Assembly (NCBI GenBank): GCA_033763455.1 | Contig: JANRKO010000014.1 | Coordinates: 1 to 33,448 of the forward strand | Origin: Polyangiaceae bacterium | Lineage (GTDB): Bacteria > Myxococcota_A > Polyangia > Polyangiales > Polyangiaceae | DNA length: 33,448 nt | Reading direction: 5' to 3' | Shown: piece after piece, positions 25,796 through 33,448 of the stretch | Position numbering within the stretch: position 1 is the first letter of the stretch | Layout: every line of letters starts with the position of its first letter | The notes under the pieces: generated by a model | What the model saw: the letters and a program-made list of their open reading frames with translations, nothing else | Told to the model about the DNA's origin: nothing | Databases searched by the model: none | Position numbers and translations under genes: made by a program

Positions 25796-26564
25796 TCTGG
25801 AAGTTGTAACACTCCGGCAACTGCGGTGGTTCTATCGCCTCTTGGGCGCAGCGCTCGGAGCACGGCTGCTCACGGATGCCTTCTCAGGTATCTGGCGCGT
25901 CCATACCGGAGAATTTTTTCCCTGGCGGCACCTGCCCGTTTTCCCGCTCTACTCTACAGGATTTCTGGCTCTTGAATGGGCGCTGCTGGGCGCCGCGAGC
26001 CTCGCATTATTGAGTGGATTCGCACAGCGCGTGGCGCTTAGGTTGGCTCTTTTAGCTCTGGCTATGGGCCTCAGCCAACGCTACTCGAACCAGAATGCCT
26101 TGCTCTTCATCGTTCTCGTCTTCTCGAACCTGAAGATCGCAGCTCCGCACGCCACCACCGAAGAGGAGCTACGCTTGCCCAATTTTGGTTTGATCCGGCT
26201 ACAGCTGCTCCTCGTTTATGGCTTTTCGGTACTCAACAAGCTCACGCACGGCTTTCAGAGCGGGGCAGCCATTGGTGAGCTTTCTGCCCTAAAATGGCTC
26301 TCGCCGCGCTTGTTGACACCTCTTGCCTGGAGTGTTCTCGCCCTCGAGGTGTTGATCCCACTGTTGCTTTGCTCACGCTTGGCTCGCTGGGGCCTAGCCT
26401 TCGCGATTCTCCTGCACACGGGCTTTGCGCTCGCCCTACCGGGAATATTCACCTTCTCACTCACTATGTGGGCGATGGCAGCACTCTTTATAGGGCCGCC
26501 GCTTATAGGGCAGCCGCCAAGACACATCACACCGATGCCAAGCTCACCCCGAGCAGATCTTTGA
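25782..26564 (+). CDS. HTTM-domain membrane protein (vitamin K-dependent gamma-carboxylase / SdpB-like)
   Basis: YSNQNAL, LIRLQLLLVYGFSVLNKL..F.SG, AWSVLALE..L..R..G....LH.G....I..FS; multi-TM. Start at ATG 25782. Confidence 0.75.
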   Translation: MFNLNLEVVTLRQLRWFYRLLGAALGARLLTDAFSGIWRVHTGEFFPWRHLPVFPLYSTGFLALEWALLGAASLALLSGFAQRVALRLALLALAMGLSQRYSNQNALLFIVLVFSNLKIAAPHATTEEELRLPNFGLIRLQLLLVYGFSVLNKLTHGFQSGAAIGELSALKWLSPRLLTPLAWSVLALEVLIPLLLCSRLARWGLAFAILLHTGFALALPGIFTFSLTMWAMAALFIGPPLIGQPPRHITPMPSSPRADL

Positions 26565-29500
26565 GCTCGTCCACCGACAAGCTCGCAGCTTGATCGGTAT
26601 CTTCGAGCAACGCATTGGCCAAGCTTCGTTTGCGCTGGTGAAGCTCTACAATGCGTTCTTCTACAGTGCCCGTGGCTACCAAGCGGTAAACAGTGACCGG
26701 GCGGGTTTGCCCGATACGATGCGCCCGATCCGAAGCTTGCTGCTCAACCGCCGGGTTCCACCACGGATCGAGATGAATCACATAATCTGCTGCCGTAAGA
26801 TTCAAACCGAACCCACCGGCGCGTAGGCTGATAAGAAAGAGCTCCGCGGTGCCTGATTGAAAGGCTTCCACCGCACGGGCACGCTCCTTCACAGGAGTGC
26901 TGCCGTCGAGGTACTCGTACCGAATGCCGCGCTCCTCAAGTGCCTTTCGAGCGAGTGACAATACATCCACAAATTGGCTGAATACGAGCGCTCGGTGCCC
27001 ACCGCTCCGCAGCTCATCTGCGAGCTCAAGAAAGCTCTGCAGCTTGGCGCTGGTGCCGCCCACCCCGGGGAAGACGAGCCCAGGATGGCAGCAAAGCCTT
27101 CGGAGCCGCGTGATTTCGGCAAGAACCTGAAAGCGCGCGCGCGGATCTTTGGAGGCTGAGGCTAGCTTTCGCACCGCCTCGGTGCGTGTTGTCTCGTAGA
27201 ACACGACTTCTTCGGGGCTAAGCGTTACTTGCCGTTCAATTTCGGTTATGGGCGGCAAATCTTGCAGCACCTGGGCCTTGGTGCGGCGCAACAAGAATGG
27301 ACGGATCAAGCGCGTGAGTGCGCGCCGCGTGCTGGCCCGTGATTCCACGGCGAGGTTCGCCCCAAAGCGCCGATTGAACGCCGGCCAAGACCCCAACAGA
27401 TCAGGAAGGATGAAATGAAAGAGGCTGTAGAGGTCCCCCACATGATTTTCTACCGGAGTTCCCGTGCATACCACGCGAAACTTAGCTGTAAGTGAGAACG
27501 CCGCCTGAGCCCGCAGGGATTCGGCATTCTTGATGAACTGCGCTTCGTCCAAAATGGCCGTTTCAAACTGCACACCGGCCAAGGCATCGGCATCTTGTTG
27601 CAGAAGCGTGTAGCTCACGATGACAATATCCAGCTTCTTCAGCTTACCGAGGCCCTCTTCCCGTGCGCGCCCCGTGTAGAGCCGCACGCGCAAACTGGGC
27701 GCAAAGCGTTCGAGCTCCCGCCGCCAATTGTCACAAACCGACGTCGGCGCAACCACCAGCTGAGGGCCATTCGGAGCGCGATGTAACAAGAGCCCAATGG
27801 CTTGCACCGTCTTACCAAGCCCCATGTCGTCGGCCAGGCAAGCCCCAAGGCCTAGCTCGCCCAAACGCACGAGCCAGCGAAACCCATCTAGCTGGTAGGG
27901 ACGCAACTCAGCCAGCAACCCCTTCGGAAGTTTAACGGGGCGTTGACTTGCAGCCACATACTGTTCGCGCCAAGCAATAGAGGGTGCATCCAGCTCAAAG
28001 CCGGAATCCTCCTCTGTTAGCTTATCCAGGATGTGCACGGCACTTTTAGGCAGCGTTACAGAAAACGCCTTTTTGGCGCGCTCGGTTCCCGCGGCAGAGA
28101 GAGAAAGCAAGAGCTCCCGCAGATCCTGCTCCAACTCCAGGTAGTCCCCGTTCTTCATCTGCACAAATCTTGTGGGTGAATCTTGAACCAAGGCGAGCAG
28201 CTCACTCAGATCGAGTGAGGCCGCCCCTTCCACCGAAAGGCTGCCGCGTGCCGAAAAGAAGCTGCCGTCGCTCTCAATACGCCCCCGCAAGGAACTCCGA
28301 GCCACCCGCGCCTTGAGCTTCAACACGGAGCCCTCTGGCCACTCCACGTGGACCCGCTCCGACAAAGCTTGCAGACAAGACATGAGCTCCAAGGAAGAAG
28401 CTGGGTCTGGCAACTGCCAGCTTTCGTCCCCAGTATCGTTGCCCAAAAGGCTCGGGCACTGCCGCACGGCTTCGTTCGCCAGTTCTCGCTCTTCGCTGAG
28501 ATCCCGCAAGCATTGCAGGGTTTCTGTGCCAATTCTGCTGACCAGCGTGCTGCCCCCAGCGCCTGGCACTACTTCTGGGCCTTTCGGACCGAGCGGGCGC
28601 GTGAAGAGCGAGACTGCTAAACCCGTGTTGCGCGGTAGAAGCCGGAACCATGGCTTTGGATCGGCGGGGACCTGCTTGGCTTGCGTTCGCTCCGACGATT
28701 GAACGGGAATGATGTGGCTCAAGCGCTCCAGAGTTGCCAAAGCCCTCGCCTCGGCTGCCTTGGGCAGGCTCAGACCCGCGCCCACGCCAAGGATGAGCTT
28801 TTTGACTTCACCCTCCAACGCAAACACGACGATTTTGCCGCTCAAGAGCCGTGCCTCCACGTCAGCCTTGAGGTTTGGCGGCTCCACCTCAATCCGCACT
28901 TCCTGATCCGTACTGCGGAGAACGAGTTGCGCGTTGCCGCGGATAACCTCCGTGGGCGTATCGGAGTCTCCCACGAACACCAACGGATGCCCCACCAGCT
29001 GCTTCCACGCTTCACGGGAAAGCGAATATTCTGTGGAGGTATAGTAACTCAAACGCGTACCCCGCACGTGCTCGGAAAGCGCTGCATCGCGAGCGGGAAG
29101 GCGACTCCGAGTGGGCTCCTCCAGCAGATTTTTCAGGGCAAATTTACGCCCCGCTGACCAACCTGATTTGGTTCGCTTCTGAAGAAATGGCTCGGGCAAA
29201 AGCCACTTGGGATCCACCTTCCAGATCAACCGCTCTGGCTCCTCCCTCGGTGTATCGGGCAAGAGCGCGAGGCGCTCCAAACCCTCAAGGCTCGCCTCCC
29301 ACAGAGCCTTGGTGGGGCGCACTTCGGTGAGCGGCACTCCAAGGCTCGGATCGAACTTCGGCAGCGAGGCAATTCCCGAAGGCAACTTGATATCAACAGC
29401 CTTGGGCAGAAGTGCCGCGAGTGCCGCCGACTGTTGAGCCATCAACCAAACATTGATGGAGTTACTTTGTCGCTGAAGATTCGCTTCTGATTCAGAAAGC

Positions 29501-30636
29501 AGGCTCTTTACTTCGGAGAAGGGCACCGGGAACCAATGCGCAAACAAGCAACGGGCAAGAAAGGATAAACAATCCGATGCTCCGGCGGGCCGCAGCAGAT
29601 GCGGCGCCAAGGTAGCAAGCGAGGCGTCCGTGGACGCCTGAATGATGGTTTTCAAGACGCCACGCGTTTGCAAAAAAAATGGATCCCTGCGCGACCCCAA
29701 GCTTGCCACTCTCAAGGCATGAGCCAAGGCAACCGGCGTTGCCGCACGGAGGAGCGTCAGCGCTTGCACAAAACCTAAAACACCTGGGTGCACGGCGGTA
29801 CGCACCCCTTTCGCTTGGAAGCACGCGGCAGCTTCGTCCCATCTCCCCGCTAGCGCCGCCACGCTACCCAAAATTCCTTGCTCTAACTCCTCGGAAGCAC
29901 CAAAGGTGGCCACCTTGGCCAATTGAGCAAAATCTCCCCGCAAAATGGCAAGGCCTGCGAAGGCCGGGAGCGCCGCCTCTGCCTCGCTGAGAAGCTGAGG
30001 ATGCTTAGCCACATACGCGTAGAGGTGCTCGAGGGGATAGGCAAATGCCTCAGCTCCGCACAAGCCAAGCTCCAGTAGCCGGCACCTTAGGCGCGGAGGA
30101 AGCGACATGAACCACGCTTCATCAAAGGCCACGTCCAAAGCGGGCACAACAATGCTCAGTGCCACATGCTGCACCGACGACAACCTAACGGCACCTTCGA
30201 GCACTTCAGGCGCCGCCGCGGAGCGTTCAGCCAAGGCCACGAGCGCCTCAAAACGCGCGTGTTCGAAGGTTCTGGGCGGTCCAAACCGCAAATCCGCACG
30301 CCACACCCGCTCACGCATGGCGGCTGCTAATGGTTGGAGTAGCTGGCGCTCGGCCGCCCACCTGAGTGCGTGCTCACCCACTCCGGGGCTGCACCAATAG
30401 CCATCGCTGCGATGTGTGACGAGCCCCATTCCCAAGAGTTGCTCAAGCGTCGCACGGACAGATTGGCCGGTATGGCTCCTCCCCGGTGCCTGTTCCAAGC
30501 CGCTGGCACCTACCAAATTGATCAACGAACTGATGCCCCGTGGCTCTGCTAATGCCAAGAACGCCACGAGCCGTAGCTCCGCATCCGGCAGTGAACGGAG
30601 CGTGAGGAAGCCCGTTGCTGTGGCCGGCGCGATCAT
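26527..30636 (-). CDS. SNF2-family (SWI2/SNF2) ATPase/helicase with a long N-terminal helical region
   Basis: LRPYQLDG, LADDMGLGKT, ILDEAQFIKN, TGTPVEN, FLLRRTK, LVFSQF, LISLRAGGFGLNL, WWNPAVEQQASDRAHRIGQ. Start uncertain (ATG 30636 chosen). Confidence 0.93.
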   Translation of the reverse strand: MIAPATATGFLTLRSLPDAELRLVAFLALAEPRGISSLINLVGASGLEQAPGRSHTGQSVRATLEQLLGMGLVTHRSDGYWCSPGVGEHALRWAAERQLLQPLAAAMRERVWRADLRFGPPRTFEHARFEALVALAERSAAAPEVLEGAVRLSSVQHVALSIVVPALDVAFDEAWFMSLPPRLRCRLLELGLCGAEAFAYPLEHLYAYVAKHPQLLSEAEAALPAFAGLAILRGDFAQLAKVATFGASEELEQGILGSVAALAGRWDEAAACFQAKGVRTAVHPGVLGFVQALTLLRAATPVALAHALRVASLGSRRDPFFLQTRGVLKTIIQASTDASLATLAPHLLRPAGASDCLSFLARCLFAHWFPVPFSEVKSLLSESEANLQRQSNSINVWLMAQQSAALAALLPKAVDIKLPSGIASLPKFDPSLGVPLTEVRPTKALWEASLEGLERLALLPDTPREEPERLIWKVDPKWLLPEPFLQKRTKSGWSAGRKFALKNLLEEPTRSRLPARDAALSEHVRGTRLSYYTSTEYSLSREAWKQLVGHPLVFVGDSDTPTEVIRGNAQLVLRSTDQEVRIEVEPPNLKADVEARLLSGKIVVFALEGEVKKLILGVGAGLSLPKAAEARALATLERLSHIIPVQSSERTQAKQVPADPKPWFRLLPRNTGLAVSLFTRPLGPKGPEVVPGAGGSTLVSRIGTETLQCLRDLSEERELANEAVRQCPSLLGNDTGDESWQLPDPASSLELMSCLQALSERVHVEWPEGSVLKLKARVARSSLRGRIESDGSFFSARGSLSVEGAASLDLSELLALVQDSPTRFVQMKNGDYLELEQDLRELLLSLSAAGTERAKKAFSVTLPKSAVHILDKLTEEDSGFELDAPSIAWREQYVAASQRPVKLPKGLLAELRPYQLDGFRWLVRLGELGLGACLADDMGLGKTVQAIGLLLHRAPNGPQLVVAPTSVCDNWRRELERFAPSLRVRLYTGRAREEGLGKLKKLDIVIVSYTLLQQDADALAGVQFETAILDEAQFIKNAESLRAQAAFSLTAKFRVVCTGTPVENHVGDLYSLFHFILPDLLGSWPAFNRRFGANLAVESRASTRRALTRLIRPFLLRRTKAQVLQDLPPITEIERQVTLSPEEVVFYETTRTEAVRKLASASKDPRARFQVLAEITRLRRLCCHPGLVFPGVGGTSAKLQSFLELADELRSGGHRALVFSQFVDVLSLARKALEERGIRYEYLDGSTPVKERARAVEAFQSGTAELFLISLRAGGFGLNLTAADYVIHLDPWWNPAVEQQASDRAHRIGQTRPVTVYRLVATGTVEERIVELHQRKRSLANALLEDTDQAASLSVDELKDLLGVSLASV

Positions 30637-30836
30637 GAGCTGTGTGTGTAGCGAAGTGACCTGGAATACTCTAGAGGAGCCTGAAGCCAGGCAAACGGGC
30701 CGAAAGATCAGGCCTTCTTCGGCGCCGAACACACGCCTAGCAGACACCTGTGCATCAAAAAAGGGCGTGCGGCCGGGCCCTTCGCGCCCAAAGGCACACT
30801 GTTTCCCGCCATCAACCTCAGTTAACCTAATGGGTT

Positions 30837-32057
30837 ATGGACACAGTAACTCAGAATGTGCGCGCCATGTATGAGGCGTATCCTTATCCATCGAGCGGCT
30901 CCGCCAATATCCGAGCGGACCACGACGTACGGCAGCTCTTGAGCCACGTGGAGCACGGGCGCAAGCAAGCCGGGCCTCTCCGAGTGTTGGACGCAGGGTG
31001 CGGTCGCGGTGTGGGGCTTTTGGGCAGCGCGGCGCTGCAACCGGATATTGAATTTTTGGGTGTGGACATCAATCGAGTGGCTTTGGAAGAAGCCGCCACA
31101 GAGGGCAAACGCCGTGGCATCACCAACGTGCGTTTCCAAGAGGTAGATCTTATGACACTTGAAGGCCTCAAGGTGCCGGAGGGCGGCTTTGACGTGATCT
31201 ACTCTTCGGGTGTTCTGCACCATCTTTCCGATCCCGTCGCGGGCCTCCGCCGTCTGCGAGAAAGCCTAGCCCCCCACGGAGTGATGGCCGTGATGGTGTA
31301 CGGCTCGGTGAGTCGCCAGCCGCTCTACCGCCTGATCCACGCCGCAGAGATGCTAGCGCCGAAGAGCCAACCCTTCAGCGAAAGGCTCGGCCCAAGCCGG
31401 CTTTTGGCGCGAGAAATGGCCAAAACCGTGCTCGCCGGGAGCCCCTGGGAACGCACCGGCATCGTGAATGACGTGGAGTTCGTGGATCGCGTCCTCAACG
31501 TGAACGAAACCAGTTACGACATTGCCGGTGTCTGGAAGCTCCTCAGCGACACCAACCTGCGGTTCATTCGCTTCAGTGAACCCGCCGAATGGGCTCCCGA
31601 GGTTGCCCAAAGCGAAAAGCTGCGCGAGCTGCTCGCAGCCATGCCCGAATACGATCGCTACCGCTTGATCGAGCAAATCGAATATCGGCATTCGCTCATG
31701 TTTTTGGTGGCCCATGAAAGCAACGCACCCCGCCGCCCGCTTGAGCTCTCCCAGGTGAAAGACACCGTCTTCGCCATCAATCCGGATGCTTCCATTTCGA
31801 TCACCTCACGCCACCCCCGCACCGCGCGGCGCATCGAACGCGTCGCCTTTCGCGTACGCCAAGGCACCGAGACAGAGGTAACCGGCGTGCTCGCAACACT
31901 CGTGATGGTATTAAGCGAACAGCATCTGCCGTTTACCGGCGCGCAGATGCTGGAAGGAATGACGGGGCTGGGGTTGGAGCTCAAAGCTTCAACGGAGGCT
32001 ATTTTTGTGCTGAATCAAGCGGAGTTGCTGTACCGGCCGCATGGGACGGAGTGTTGA
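30837..32057 (+). CDS. Class I SAM-dependent methyltransferase with a C-terminal extension
   Basis: YEAYPYP N-terminus, motif I VLDAGCGRG, GVDIN, FDVIYSSGVLHHL, LAPHG..MVYG. Confidence 0.88.
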   Translation: MDTVTQNVRAMYEAYPYPSSGSANIRADHDVRQLLSHVEHGRKQAGPLRVLDAGCGRGVGLLGSAALQPDIEFLGVDINRVALEEAATEGKRRGITNVRFQEVDLMTLEGLKVPEGGFDVIYSSGVLHHLSDPVAGLRRLRESLAPHGVMAVMVYGSVSRQPLYRLIHAAEMLAPKSQPFSERLGPSRLLAREMAKTVLAGSPWERTGIVNDVEFVDRVLNVNETSYDIAGVWKLLSDTNLRFIRFSEPAEWAPEVAQSEKLRELLAAMPEYDRYRLIEQIEYRHSLMFLVAHESNAPRRPLELSQVKDTVFAINPDASISITSRHPRTARRIERVAFRVRQGTETEVTGVLATLVMVLSEQHLPFTGAQMLEGMTGLGLELKASTEAIFVLNQAELLYRPHGTEC

Positions 32058-32093
32058 AGGGGGGCGCACTGGCCCCAGCTAGCCTTAACCCGC

Positions 32094-32564
32094 CTACGCG
32101 GCTCGTTTTGTTACGACGAGCTCCACCGCGCAATCCAGAAGGTGCAGGAGCGCGATGAGCTGGCTGAGGTTCTTGCGACTAATGGTCGGGTCCAGCAAGC
32201 GATAGAGCTGTGGTACGGACGTATGGAGCCGCCGTGCCAACTCACGACGGCTAAGCCCCGATGCGTTTACGCGCTTGCCCGCTTCAGCGGTGAGCTTGTG
32301 GGCGAGCAATTCAGCGAGATGCGAGGGATCTTGATTGTACTCAAGGGCATGATCGATGTGAACTGAGCCTTCAGCGCCAGACTCAAGGATATAGGTGACA
32401 CCCTCGCTACCGAGCTCCTTGTCAACGAACGCAGTCTTAATTCGATCCCTAGGCGAAGGCCTTGGCTCCAATCGCGCGAAAGGAAACGGCAGGCTCTTGC
32501 CAGCGCGCGTAATGAGCTCAAGTTGAGCTTTCCGGTTGTTCACGGTAACATTTCGCAACTTCAT
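32094..32564 (-). CDS. Putative antitoxin: DUF2442-like N-domain plus XRE-type HTH
   Basis: ATGA overlap with the upstream small gene; beta-rich N-terminus; C-terminal HTH SGLSRRELARRLHTSVPQLYRLLD. Confidence 0.7.
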   Translation of the reverse strand: MKLRNVTVNNRKAQLELITRAGKSLPFPFARLEPRPSPRDRIKTAFVDKELGSEGVTYILESGAEGSVHIDHALEYNQDPSHLAELLAHKLTAEAGKRVNASGLSRRELARRLHTSVPQLYRLLDPTISRKNLSQLIALLHLLDCAVELVVTKRAA

Positions 32565-32755
32565 AAGGCTCCTTCGTTCCGAAGACTTGATAGCAACTTG
32601 AGGAGTTTCGCCGTAGGGCGGCCCTTCATAGGAACCCAATCGTCCAGATTCCACTTAAGAACCAAGCGTCCGTCTCGGTAAATATGAACGTGGTGGGGGC
32701 TGTGATCGCCTATCCAGGTCAAAAGAATGAAGTTATCGCGACGGATCTTGCCCAC
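32561..32755 (-). CDS. DUF4160-like small protein, putative type II toxin
   Basis: 64 aa, basic; DHSPHHVHIY matches the DUF4160 (E/D)HxPxH(V/F)H motif; GTG start at 32755. Confidence 0.7.
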   Translation of the reverse strand: MGKIRRDNFILLTWIGDHSPHHVHIYRDGRLVLKWNLDDWVPMKGRPTAKLLKLLSSLRNEGAL

Positions 32756-32762
32756 AAAGTTA

Positions 32763-32791
32763 AGTGTTACCACACGGGGTCACAGATGCAA
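32763..32791 (-). promoter_or_regulatory. Candidate sigma70 promoter with an internal inverted-repeat operator for the TA-like pair
   Basis: Minus strand TTGCAT-17 nt-AACACT, 7 nt before GTG; inverted repeat TGTTACC-N6-GGTCACA at 32765-32784. Confidence 0.5.
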
Positions 32792-32816
32792 GGGGCGGGA
32801 ACAGCCTGATCGGGGC

Positions 32817-32857
32817 CAGTTCGGCCAAAGTGATTCGCAACAGTTCGGCCAAAGTGA
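32817..32857. repeat. 17-bp direct repeat with 24-bp period
   Basis: CAGTTCGGCCAAAGTGA at 32817-32833 and 32841-32857. Confidence 0.9.
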
Positions 32858-32878
32858 CCCGTCCCGGAGCTGGCTCAA

Positions 32879-32920
32879 CTGGACGGATTTGGGAGCTCAT
32901 CCGGTGTGCTGGACGGACTT
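32879..32920. repeat. 12-bp imperfect direct repeat with 30-bp period
   Basis: CTGGACGGATTT (32879-32890) and CTGGACGGACTT (32909-32920). Confidence 0.7.
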
Positions 32921-33061
32921 CATAGAACCATGCCGCCAGCATTTTGAGCGATGCCTGCTCTCAGCTTGAATCCCCGGGGTAGCCGAAGGGCTCCCCTCAG
33001 TCGATCGACGATGTGATACGCAGTTAGCTTAAACTTGTGATATCAAGCCTCATGGATCGTT

Positions 33062-33091
33062 GGAGCAGCCGGCCGCTGCGGCCGCTGCTTC
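33062..33091. terminator. GC-rich hairpin downstream of the Rpn-like gene (possible terminator, no U-tract)
   Basis: GGAGCAG-C-CGGCCG-CTG-CGGCCG-CTGCTTC forms a 13-bp stem with one bulge. Confidence 0.3.
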
Positions 33092-33160
33092 ACGTGGGGC
33101 ATTGAGGCCTGGAGGCTGCGCTACTGAATGCTCGCGCAAGACTGCGCAGAAGGCTTTGGC

Positions 33161-33448
33161 TCACTCGCCGAGCAGCTCTTCGAGCTTGTTCGAAAGAATG
33201 ACCTTCTCTGCCAGCCGGTCAAGCTGTCCGAGCGACGCCGAGCGCACCCGCTGTTGAACCGCTTCGCTCGGTGGACCGAACTTCAGCTGGATCAGTTTCA
33301 AGACAGTCTCAGCCTTGCCCTCAGCCTTGCCCCTGGCTTCCCCTGCTGCCTCTCCGAGTTCTCGTTCTTTTTTGAGCGCAAGCTCGTAGAAATACTCTGC
33401 TTCGGCGCGCTCGTGAGCGAGGCGGGCGATCTCCGGATCTGAAGAGAG
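33161..33448 (-). CDS. C-terminal part of an Rpn-family (PD-(D/E)XK putative transposase/nuclease) protein with a DUF4351-like tail; 5' end outside the window
   Basis: Open minus frame LSSDPEIARLAHERAEAEYFYELALKKERELGEAAGEARGKAEGKAETVLKLIQLKFGPPSEAVQQRVRSASLGQLDRLAEKVI..LEELLGE*. It has the typical G(E/K)AxG repeats and KFG..A..EQL motif and is not in the ORF track. Confidence 0.8.
   Translation of the reverse strand, partial: LSSDPEIARLAHERAEAEYFYELALKKERELGEAAGEARGKAEGKAETVLKLIQLKFGPPSEAVQQRVRSASLGQLDRLAEKVILSNKLEELLGE

Noticed and set aside
32817..32920. Possible CRISPR mini-array
   Set aside because: Only two copies of each repeat, with 7-nt and 18-nt gaps that are too short for spacers, and no cas genes.
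33008..33036. dif-like site (TTAGCTTAAAC resembles the XerD arm TTATGTTAAAT)
   Set aside because: No acceptable XerC arm at the 6-bp spacing.
33128..33442. 104-aa plus-strand ORF
   Set aside because: It is antisense to the Rpn-like frame, which carries the recognisable motifs.
1..33448. tRNA, rRNA or known riboswitch genes
   Set aside because: None was recognisable by eye in the short intergenic regions; a covariance-model scan was not possible.

Overview
A GC-rich (roughly 60% by eye) bacterial chromosomal segment, most likely from a myxobacterium (Polyangiales-like). The evidence for that is a MYXO-CTERM-like protease tail, a large Ser/Thr kinase-STAND-TPR protein and a degenerate sigma54-activator-like membrane protein. 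It has about 23 intact or partial genes. The left edge is the left end of an IS66-like element (minus strand) inserted into a matrixin/tectonin gene just before its zinc motif. Next come a trypsin-like protease, a porin / CE2 esterase / DUF485-actP cluster and a PIN-PhoH gene coupled to a DUF1704 (MATCAP-like) peptidase. A cupin lipoprotein / pseudo-bEBP / kinase trio follows, then alaC and astA, and the prfB (+1 frameshift)-lysS-lolC/E-lolD operon. After these lie a two-gene split HTTM (gamma-carboxylase/SdpAB-like) pair with a perfect 22-bp palindrome over its start codon, a SNF2 helicase, a SAM methyltransferase and a DUF4160-like/HTH toxin-antitoxin-like pair. The right end holds repeat-rich IS-end-like DNA and the 3' end of an Rpn-family gene. 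The best candidates for undescribed systems are the split, order-reversed HTTM/GGCX-like pair, the catalytically dead membrane bEBP signalling trio and the possible acetyl-scavenging module. All family calls come from motif recognition by eye; no searches were run.
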